This document shows, piece after piece, positions 53,491-64,000 of a stretch of 64,000 nt of DNA. The translations under genes and the position numbers were made by a program. The notes beneath the pieces are model-generated. The model had not been told where the DNA came from, made no database searches, and was given only the letters and a program-made list of their open reading frames with translations. Numbering within the stretch: position 1 is the first letter of the stretch; every line of letters begins with the position of its first letter. This DNA comes from Catajapyx aquilonaris (taxonomy: Eukaryota): NCBI GenBank assembly GCA_000934665.2, contig JYFJ02000159.1, positions 62,001-126,000 of the forward strand, in the 5' to 3' direction.

Positions 53491-53902
53491 GACATCAAGA
53501 TAACGAGGCATCGATTTTTTTTTACAATTAAATTTGCGTCAAAATTTGTGTTCAGCAGCTGTACCTCCCTCCCCCAGTCCCCACAGTCACATTTTGGGGG
53601 TCCGAAGGGATTAAAACATTATTAGATCAAAAACTTTCCCTTCAGTAAAAAAAAAGAGAAGTAGCCTAAGACCTCCGCGGCGGAATAAAAGTACTGAAAC
53701 AAGGCAGGCGCACGTAAGACCTTCACCAATTGATATAAGCTGTACCATAGGTCTTACTCAAGCAATTACCAATTTACTACTCATGAAATCTCTTTTCTGA
53801 AAACAAATTTGTGGATTTTCTTGCCAGTCATTTGCCCGTCTTGCAGTGATGGCGCCCTTTCTTTACAATAAGTACATGCGGGAGAGAGTATGAGTATCGA
53901 AG

Positions 53903-54200
53903 TAGCGCAGTGGTCTAGTGGATAAGCCACTCTGAGCCACTCTCTTCGTTAGGCCTACCTGAAGGTCGAAGGATCGAATCCTGAAAGAAAGACGTCGTTT
54001 CTTTTTATCGCTATGGACCTTTCTGGCTGTTACTTTATCTCTCATTTCACATTTATTTCTCTTTGAACTGTATCCGGTAAATAGGCTAGACCTTCCAACA
54101 CTCACATTCTCGTTGCAGCATAGCGTGGCTGTGTGGTAACGCATCAGACTCTCAATCGGGAGATGTGGGTTCAAATCCCGTCGTCTCCACGGTTGAGAGT
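53903..54200 (+). mobile_element. Two tandem tRNA-like (SINE-head) units
   Basis: TGGTCTAGTGG...GGATCGAATCC at about 53911-53981, and TGGCTGTGTGGTAA..GACTCTCAATC..GGTTCAAATCCC at about 54126-54179. Acceptor stems do not pair, so these are not functional tRNAs. Confidence 0.5.
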
Positions 54201-55116
54201 CAGAAAAAAAAAATTTGCAGCCGACATCTCTGGCCAAGATGGCGACTGTTCCTTCGCAGTTTCCCCAACACTTCTTCAGAGGTGTCGGAGGAGCAGCGAA
54301 GAAGGGGGAGGGGTGGAGAGGGGAAGGAAAGGGGGGAGGGGAGAAAATTTTTTGGAAATTTTTAAAACACCTGCTTAATGGGAGGGGGCGGTCACTTTTT
54401 TCGAAGTAAAAAGTAAAAAAAAAAAGTCAATTAAATGATCAAGTGGCTTCGCTTGTGTTGTCCTTCCCGGCAGCCCCCACCCTACGCACCCCATAGTCCC
54501 TACATTTGTCTTATACCAGGGAGTTCCATTCTCAAACCTATCACCCACCCAAATATTTAACTCTACAATTTAAACTATAGGTCCTATAAAATCACCAGCA
54601 CATGCAAATTAATCGGCACACTTTTTAGGGCATTTCCAATGGTTTGTTTCAGGCTGACCTTTGACCTGAAAGGCCCTAATATTAGGTTTTTGGTCTGGGG
54701 AGAGGCCCTACCGCGGTCTCCATCTGTCGGGTCTTTCGTAATGAGACTGTACAGAGCACAGTACATAGACATACAGATACAGTACCGGATATCTCGATGT
54801 GAACAAATGTAGCAGTCCCAGTTGGCTGGTATCAGTATGAATGTGACGTAGGCGAGTGACCACCTCCTTGGGGTCATCAGGACGGACATTCGGCATGACT
54901 GTTTCGTGGCATTTCTCTATGGATGAATAAAATAATAAATCCCCACCCGCTTCTGCTGTGGGTGGAGATGCGCAGATCGTCGACGCGGTTTTAGATAGTC
55001 TATTTTCATCCACATGTAAGATATTATAAAAATAATTTTATTTCTTCTTCCCAACCCATCTCTTCGGTGCCCCTCTCATCTTCTTTGTCCTTCTTGACCC
55101 GGAAGATGAAGAGGAT

Positions 55117-55332
55117 GCGCCTCACCCGGGATTTGAACCTGGATCCCTAGATTGAGAGTCGAGTGCGCTGATAACATGGCCAACTTGCACCAGCTGCTTT
55201 CATGAGTCAATCGGAAGGTCTAGCCTATTCACCAATGCAATATTTTTGATGGTTTTACCTTCACTTCATCTCTCTCTCTTATAATGATTATTGTAAATCT
55301 TGTATACTGGACCGGTAAATAGGCTAGACCTT
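55117..55332 (-). mobile_element. tRNA(Glu-CTC)-like SINE head plus AATAGGCTAGACCTT motifs
   Basis: Minus strand reads GACTCTCAATC..GGTTCAAATCCC as at 54152-54179. The motif GTRAATAGGCTAGACCTT occurs at 55233-55213 (-), 55312-55332 (+) and 54074-54096 (+). Confidence 0.5.
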
Positions 55333-56131
55333 TTCTGTGTATAGCTTTGATTTACATAGTGCCGTTATTGCTGTTTTTTTTGGTTCCGTTTAGGAGAGAA
55401 ACAAACATGGTACAGTACAGTAAGGTGGAAGTGGTTCATACGTATGTTCATTACGAATCGCGCATAAATTATTCAGAAAGTTTAACATGGAGATTTAAGT
55501 GGATTACATCGTTTACTGGGATTTGTAAACGAAGTTGGCAAAGTGGTACCATATCAATTATTTTGTCTGGCAGTATTTTCGCATTTTCACTGAAAGACGA
55601 GATTTTTATCACAAGATAGTTTTGTTTCATTTTGCTGCCATATACTCTTGCATTTTATTCTTCCTGCTGGAATGTTATAATGATCATGACCACCTCTGGG
55701 AGTCATTTCATATGGCTGCCCACCCTTTTGTTGACGCTATGTACGCACATTAAAAAGTAGAACTTCATTGATTTGCTTTGGTTCAAATTCTTGCATTTCA
55801 TGTCATTGCCTCCAGTGACCACATTCACCGCGAAATTTGTTGGCCGATGATTGGGTTACATTTATCCATAAGGTTGAAGATCTTATGCAGCCCAGTCTTG
55901 TTTCAGTTCCAAGAATTAAATCAATACTATATGTGTGGCTTGCCTCTGTCACATCTGAAAACTCCCAAACTTATTTAATTTTCAACGATTGCAGCAAATA
56001 TTAGTCTGGCACATTTCTCAAGGTAGATATTCCGCATACTGTAACATAATTTCATAATTAAATCAGCTTAAGAGTAGGCCGGTATTACCTGGCGATGGCG
56101 ATATAGCAGGGAGCGAACGGGGTTAATAGTA

Positions 56132-56547
56132 CAGTTGAACCCGGATACAACAAACTTCAAGAGACTGCGGAAAACGTCTGTTATAGCCGAATTGTCACGC
56201 AACATAAACATAAAATTCTGCTTTCAATATGGCTGTACTATGCACTACTAGACTACATATACCGATTAATGAAATCTGTCAAAAATGCAATATTGGCTCA
56301 CCCGAAAATTATGCAGGACCAAAATATCCGAAATTTCCTTCTGCCATCTCCTTTTTGCAAATTTTATACCTGGAAAACAATATTTTCCCACCGAGGGTCC
56401 AAGAAATGGTCTGTTATACCCGAGGTGAGGTGAGAATGAGTCTGTTATATCAGGAGTGAAAATACACAGTGCCTAATGGAAGCATGCCAGGACAGCCTTT
56501 ATAACCAAGTCTGTTATAGCCGAGGCTGTTACATCCGGATTCAACTG
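56132..56547. mobile_element. pogo/Tigger-like MITE
   Basis: TA|CAGTTGAACCCGGATACAAC ... GTTACATCCGGATTCAACTG|TA, with internal repeated GTCTGTTATA motifs. Confidence 0.8.
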
Positions 56548-57954
56548 TAAATCTGTAATAAGTGCAATGCGTTAACACCAACGTTGCTACAAAAAAGGAC
56601 CAGAAGAGCATTAAAAATTGATGCTCCGTGGAAAACTCACCAGTCATACTCTTTTAATGTTTGGCAATTTACAGTGTGGGAAATTCTAGGTAATCAATAA
56701 AAAAATTCTAAATTTTCTTAATCAGTGTGGCAGGCCATATGCCCATGGTTCATTGTTCATTTCAGATCAGAATCACTCATACTCTGATGAAGCTACTTAA
56801 TTATTATGCCTTCCATCTGTTGATATATGCCTGTCCAAAGATCTAGCAGAATCATGTTCAGACAGAACTAATAAAGTTTTGGATGCATGCTTGAATGAGA
56901 CCCCATTATGCAACCAAGCACCTCTTTATGTTTGGCCTACAAAGACAAGGGAAAGGTTTACTGTACATTATAAAATATGTACACACAATCACTTGTAAAA
57001 AGAAGCAAAAAAGAAACTTGTTCAGTGAAATCTCATTTTCTTGTCGACAGCCTGAGAAGCAAACCCTTTCTTTTGTTCAAGTAAAAACACTCCTGTACAG
57101 TAAGTTTAGTGAACATAAGGCAACCACAAGCAAGTTACCCGATTAATTAATTATTGTTGCACCAAGTAGTGATGCATTTAAAGACATAGACACAACCTAG
57201 CAAGTAACATCTTCCTGCTCACACATGAGCAACAATCAGCCATAACCACTTATCCATAACTATCACGTATGGATTATAATACATACATCAATCCCTTTCC
57301 TTGTCCTGTTAAAAAAGTAATAATTATGAGGGTGGGAGTTAAAAAGAGTTAACTCTTACAAAATCTCTCCTTTGTGCTTCCATTTTCACTAAGTAGTGAC
57401 TAGAGTCTCGGCGGAAAAAAAATCGTTCACACACTCACTCTAGCTACTTTACAATAAAGTTACAGGGGTTAAGGGACCTTTACATTAATTATAAATGAAC
57501 TGTAAAAAGCTATCTTCCAAACAGTACATGCAAAACACTCCACTGCAATGAGACCATTGCAACACTGCCAAAAGAAACTTGCAACACACACTATAAAAAA
57601 GGACACTATAGTTTGGGGAAAACTGGATGCTGCTTCACAATTAGAGGAGCAAGAGTCTCTTCCCAAAAAACAGTAGGAAGATTTTACTGTCAACATGTCA
57701 CTTGCAACATGATTCCTGTTCTGATGTAGGCTACCCCCAATGTTACTTCCTCAGTTTCATTTGAAAATTCTTTTTTCTTTACTAAAAAGTGCCTGTGAAA
57801 ATTTTACTAAAAGTTGCTTGCAAGGCACCACCCCTAGGTGCTTGTTAACTCATCAGTTGGAACTGACATACACTTTTTCCACAAATAAAAGCTTCAACAG
57901 TGAAACAGGAAATCTGAAACAGTGTTACGTCACTCTTTGTATACTGAAGTGTGG

Positions 57955-60900
57955 CTAAGAAGACTTGGCAAGTCTGGTGTCAAGAAGAGGAGTCCTCTCT
58001 GCATTTTCCTCGTCAGGATTTTCATGAATCACGTGTGATGGAGCTGCCTCCTGGTGTGGCTGCTGCCAGAAAGAGCGTGACTGAGGGTCCATGAAGAATC
58101 CTTGCCTCCTGATCTGCCTTCGGTGCAGCTCGTGAAGATACAGGCTAGATAGACTCATGTCTGCTATTCCCACCTCCACTGCTCCTGTTGACTGCAGGTG
58201 GCGGGGGTCCTCGGAGAAGGCTAGGGTCATGTCATGATGACTGGTTCCCATCACGGAGTCAGCCAGGCTGCCGCCACCAGGACAGCTCTGGTGCAGGCTG
58301 GAAAATAAAGCCAGGGAATTAAAATATCAGCAACATACAGAGCACACCACTGATAACATCACAGAACTTAAAAATTACTGCAGCACCAGAATGCAACAAT
58401 AATTTAAGCTCCATTTCTGTTACCTGGCCAGCAGCCCTCGTTCCGATCCATAAAGTGGTCCCTCAGTGAGGTTGACATGACCACGCACGATGGCAGGGGT
58501 GGCCCCACTCACACCACTGACACTTCCAGCTGCCATGTCAGCATCCCCACTACCTCTTCCCCTTGGCTGTGCTGAATACATTCCATGATTTGACTGGAAG
58601 TTCAATGGCCGGTTCCATATACTGTTCACCAAAGCTGGATACTGAAAGCACAAGAGGTTTGTTACCATACAATCTTGTATGTGTGCCAGGCTAGGTTTGT
58701 GGTCACTCGATGGACAACCAATGCGGTACTCACTCCAATTCCAAGTGAAGAGAGAGAATTGAGGGAGGTGCAAAGGGGGTTCTCCTCCCTCAACACTGGA
58801 AGGCAACTGGCATCTCTCTGTGCCATATCCCTAATGGCAGATATGAAGTTGCCAGATTCTGCTGGTGGTTTCCATCCTGGGTTGGTCAGGGTGAAATGGA
58901 CCAGGCTGAGTTCTGTCTTTCCATCCTCAGCCTGAGTGTACTGATTAGCCTGAGTAGATTTGGTGGCAGCTCCTACTGGTGCAGCCCCAGGTACAACGGG
59001 CACCTGCCAGGTGGGGTTTCCATGCTTTCGCACATCCATCAGGGCAAAGGAGCAGACATCTCCAACACCCACCACCTCCACTGTGAAGTTGCGGAAGAAA
59101 TCCACTAGCTCCAGTGCCCGGGGGCGCAAGCAGAAGCAGAGAATGAATGGTGTGATGATTGGAGACAAGAGCTCCTCTGCTACATAAAGCTGTGAAAGGA
59201 AATAAGAGGGGAGGAATAACAATGAGCAAAACTAGGTCTCACTCTCACAAGTTTTACTCACCGCCCTGTATTGGAATAGCATACTGAACTCATCCTTGAC
59301 CACACTCTTGTGAGCTTGCCCTCTCCAGTGGTCAGGGAGGTAGTGGGCATGCGCCAAGACAGTCATCATGAGTCTCTCGGGGCACCACACCAAATGCTCA
59401 TCCGGTATGAAGCACCTGGCAAGTGTTATCCCACCTCCCAAGAGGGCCATGACAGTCAGCATGTGCTCCAATCCCAGTGTGTCTGGAAGCAGGATCGTGA
59501 ACACCACCAATAATGAGAGGGGAGCCGCCATCAGAAATGTCAAATTCCTGGAACAAAGCAAAATTAGTTAGTCTAAGCTACAGGACCATTCACACAGCAT
59601 CGTTATCATGTCATGTTGACATTATGTTTTCATGGCTCTTAAATTATCCATGTATTTACAATGCGACCAACATTTTACTGGTTGCCTTACAATGCTTTAA
59701 ATTAGGTTGTATGATGGCATTTTATAAAGAAAATAAGCAGGGGAACTTATGCACCGAGAAATTAGGGCTGCCATGGGTGATGTGAAGCTGTCCATATATT
59801 TAACAGCAGGCCTATAAGCTCTGCTGAGTCGAGCATTCAGTTCATGGTCCAGTTCATTGAAGTGGCGCAAGTAAAGGCGCCCATACAGTGACCATCGTCG
59901 AGCACCAAGGCTTCCAGGCTCTCGCTTCAACACCTACAAAATAGGGCATGAGCTGAGCAAGTGTCAGTTGTTTGAAAAATTCAACAAGTGTACAGTACCA
60001 GAAAGGACCACAGAAATATAAAGTAACAAGCAGGAATAACGAAAAAAAAACATGTTTTGTTTCTTATAAGAGTTACATGTTTTTTCAGAATTTTGAGGTT
60101 GTTCAGCAAAAAGAAAGGTACAGACCAGAACGGATGAAATAAAGAAATTGTATCTCAGTTGCAACCACTTTCTCTTTGCTTACCTCTGTGTAGTTGAAGA
60201 AGCAGTAGAGGATTTGGTACAGAAGGATGAGTGGTGAGAGGATGAAGTTGGCGATCCCAACTCTCAGGATGTACTTGCTGAGTTGGTCAGCCAGCTCTTT
60301 TCGTTTGCTTGACTTCTTGAAGTCCTCCTTTAGGTGCCAGGTGTTCTCAAATGGAGCCCATGAACCCCCTGAGAAGAGTGTGGGTATTAATAAAAGTCCA
60401 CTTGTTGGTTTCCTGGTAAGTATACTAGCTATTATTTATGGTCCCTGCTTGCAAAAGTCCTTGACGAGGAATGGAATAAAAGAAATGCAAAACAATTCCT
60501 ATATGCAGATGCCAGGCTGGCAATGATTTTCGTCTGATGACAAACGAAAAATAACCCTAACATGCAGCATTTATATAACATGGAGTTAATCATCAACTGC
60601 ACTGGCCCATATGTGCAGAGACAAAAGCAGCACTCACAGAAGAACAGCATCTCCAAGTTGTACTTGAGCCCATGCGAGAGAAACATATAGTCTCCATATG
60701 AAGGCACTTTCAGTTTCAGTGGCAGGACTGACTTGTTGATCATGGCCACCATGTAATTCTTGTACCTGCAAATGAATTTACAGTCAGGTTATTTCAACGA
60801 TTCAAACCTGCTTCTGTACAGCAACTACTGCAGTACGTAAGCACAATTATACGAAGTGATGTAAGATATTCACAATTAAGCAAGTGATACTCATATTCAG

Positions 60901-62563
60901 CTAAGCACTCATCACTTTGTGTTGTTTGTTACAATGTACGAACATCGCATAATTATTATTAAGAATAAAAATTTATCATGTGCATATTTTAAATATTTCT
61001 GCTGATAATCCACACACCAAAATTTATAGAAATCCACATATATCAAGTCATATAAAACCTTAATATTCGATGGTAGATATCCAATTCAGATAGGTCCTGC
61101 TTGTGAATACACATTTGCTGCTCACGCTGCACTTCCCTCACCCTTCGTTGCACTTCATGCCAGGTCAAGTTGTCCAATTCACTCTGAAAGACAAGAGCAA
61201 CATGAAGGTGCCATTTCAACATCAAAAATTCTGCAACTTACATCACTGATGTGAAGAGCGTTGTTGTAGAAAGCTTTAATTTCCCAGTATTGGCATATGT
61301 GCATGCAGACCTTGATGGCCCGTAATAGCCAGACAAAGCAAGCAATGGACAAGCAGAAACCCAGAAGTGGACCAATTGAAGCCAAGCACTCGCCAGCAGG
61401 AATGAAGACATCGCTAAACTGTATTCGACCAGGAACAGTTTTTTGCCTGCAAAAGACGGCCACATGTTACGTCATCTGCTAGAGTGGTGCGCGTGTCTTA
61501 CGAGCTCAACTCACCCAAAGATGAGTGGGAAGTTCAGGCATTGGATGACATAAGTTGAAAGCAGGATCAGGTAGATGAACTGCCCAAGTTCACAAAATTC
61601 TTGGATTATCATGCAGGCAAACCCATGATTTTGGTGGTAGTGATATACACGGAAGAAAAATGAATCTAAATCTTCAATATGGTTCCATCTCGCTGCAAAA
61701 ATAGAGCATTGGGAGTTAAACTCTAAAATTTATCAAATAGGCTTACCCTCTAGTGTATAGTACAAAATTTTGTTACTCATTTCTATGCTTTTATTAAAGG
61801 CTGTAGTCTTCAGTGACCTGGAACCCTCTTTTTATGGTCTTTTTGTATGAATTAAATATTACAGTAAAACCTCGATATAACGCTCTAGGGACCATCCAAA
61901 AGTAGCGTTATAAGCAGGATAGTGTTATATGCAGAAAAATTTACCACACGGAAATGATCACGTACCCGGGAAAAAGGGGCGTTAAAATCGGGAGTGTTAG
62001 ATCAAGGTTTTACTGTAATTTGTTTTGTGGTCAACACCTCAAGTATCAATCACTTCATTGAGCCTCGGTATCATAAGTGAGAAAATGTACCCAATTAATT
62101 TGGGCACAGGAAATGACAACAAATAAAATCTGCAGTGCGTACACCTTTTGTTTACATATCTTTTGCTTCACTACATATAAATTTACTAGACTAGCTAATC
62201 TTGGTGGCCCTTGAAAGAGATACGCCACAAAACTAGAGTACTTTTTCATAATCAAAACATGTTTGTCATCACTGAAGGTTATGAATATCAAAATATGGCT
62301 CCTGCCAAAACGAGAATGCATATTGACATTTTCGTTACAGGCCTTGAACATAATGTAAAATGTGCAACCCTTCATTTTTTTAAACTTCAAACTTGACATT
62401 CTCTGTACTTTCCTAATCCGTATGAAACACCTGAGACGCAGCTGCACTCACATTTAGAAGGGGGAACCGTGTGTATCAGAACGGCATGGTCCTGCGGGGT
62501 CTCATCACTGTTGTCCTCCTCCTGGGACTGCAGGGGCTGGTACGAGGTGGACAGTGGTTCCAT
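57955..62563 (-). CDS. ATG9: Autophagy-related protein 9 (lipid scramblase), multi-exon
   Basis: MEPLSTSYQPL...SRWNHIEDLDSFFFRVYHYHQNHGFAC, LSELDIYHRILRYKNYMVAMINKS, LKREPGSLGARRWSLYGRLYLRHFNELDHELNARLSR, DFFRNFTVEVVGVGDVCSFALMDVRKHGNP, AEDGKTELSL, MSLSSLYLHELH. Stop at 57955. Confidence 0.95.
61862..62015. mobile_element. Short pogo/Tigger-like MITE in an ATG9 intron
   Basis: TA|CAGTAAAACCTCGATATAAC ... GTTAGATCAAGGTTTTACTG|TA. Confidence 0.8.
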
Positions 62564-64000
62564 CTTCCTTCTCTGCTCTCTCTCTCCGACCCAAACACCA
62601 TGCTACACTCCGCTTCTGTTGGGGGAAAAAAGGAACACCAAAACCCAAGTGAATTCAAAATTCAAAAACTCATCCCCGTTCAACCTGCTCTGAACACCTC
62701 CCTTCCTCTGGTCCGTCATGCGTACCCTTCGTGGCCAGAAACACGTCGTCTTACCTTTTAGCACCACATGATGACAAAGGAGCCCAGCTGAGGCCCTTTA
62801 TTTCACCTAGGCCTAGTCTCCCTTTCCAGCCCTGGTTTTTCCCATTTAAGTCCCTTTGTTCCCTAGCCCCGACCTGTGCAGCTCACCTCTGCCCACGGGC
62901 GTCCCTCCTCCTCCTCCTCCTTTCTTTCTTCCTTCTAGTCCAGGATCATCCCCTCCTGCTGCCCCCGACCCCTCCCAACGACCTCTCTTTTCTGCTGCGC
63001 CGTCAAAACATCGTCATCCCTCCATACATGTCCCATCACTCTAATCACGTCGCCGTCTAGTCAAATCGCCGCTACTTGCAAAAGCAATCGCGGCTACTCC
63101 CCAACAAATCGCAATGGATAGAAAGGGCTAATGCAGAAAATCGCGCTTAATTCCGTCGATCAGTGTTTGGTTCCATTACGGTTCTGAAAGTCGCGGACGG
63201 AGTGATGCGGTGGTGCCAACTGAACCGGAGGCGGACCTAACAAAGGACTGGTTTTAAGGACGGGGATTAAACTGGGCATGTCCAATCCATAGGAATATTA
63301 GGGTCGACAATCATGCGGGTTTTTAAACTGGGATTGAGCTGATATTAGGCAGGAAAGGGTTCAGATTCGGATATGAAGGTTGGATCAGCTGATTGGTGGA
63401 TTGGTATGAGTGATACCCCCTTTTTTTGTATGTAGCATAGGGGGAATAACAACTTGCGCAAATAAAAACATGCACAAAAAAAAGTGAGATGCGTTCTCTT
63501 ATCTGGTCGTACGATATACACTTCCCAGATGGAATATAATGCGTACTGTGCAGCAAGTTCCTCGTAATGTTTTATGAGTGGAGCTACCATTATTATGCAA
63601 TTTATTTTAGTTGAACTTCACGCGTAGGCCGCGCCCACTGGGGGGTGACGTCACTCGGTACAAAATAGTGCATCGTCATGACATGACATGATCAGGAAAA
63701 GTGCGATACTGTATAGACTTGAATTATTACGATGTGCCTTAGTTTGTAAACGGCGCCATCATAATGAACTTCATAATAATTTCAATTACGAAGGTGACAT
63801 TTCCTTTTTGTAAACTAGCCCAAAACATATAATGAGAGAAAAAATTGACTTGCAGCAAAAAGCAATTTAATTGGTGCCACCAATTTTTTTTGGCGCAATA
63901 AAAAAAGCAACAAACCATTTCAGCTTTCCTCCCCAGTCCCCAATAAAATATTTTATTGCCTTCATTACTAGTGCTCAATCATTTTGGTCGGGTAGCAAAA

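Noticed and set aside
53903..55191. Possible genuine tRNA genes
   Set aside because: B boxes are present but acceptor and D stems do not pair, so they were treated as SINE-like heads.

Overview
Eukaryotic, intron-rich genomic DNA from an animal, most likely an arthropod. An early-branching insect such as a dragonfly or damselfly is plausible from the combination of a CYP20 P450, FoxL2 and apparently CpG-depleted housekeeping gene bodies, but that is inference. Hand-assembled spliced genes in order: CYP20A1-like P450 (-), coatomer beta' COPB2 (+), FoxL2 (-, 7 coding exons over 13 kb), SLC35E2-like transporter (-), MRPS22 (+), PIG-A (-), NEURL4 (+), an orphan 115-aa secreted His/Asp-rich peptide gene (-), and ATG9 (-). 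Several MITEs and tRNA-like SINE heads are present. Two features stand out. (1) At 48.9-53.5 kb, two inward-facing arrays of variant 5S rRNA genes (371-bp arms that look identical by eye), set in GGATTAATCC-rich repeats, bracket the orphan peptide gene, whose promoter has TATA, GATA and several NF-kB-like sites typical of insect immune effectors. (2) COPB2, FoxL2 and MRPS22 are linked here as they are at human 3q22-23, which suggests very old microsynteny. All exon coordinates and alignments were derived by eye; no database searches were run.
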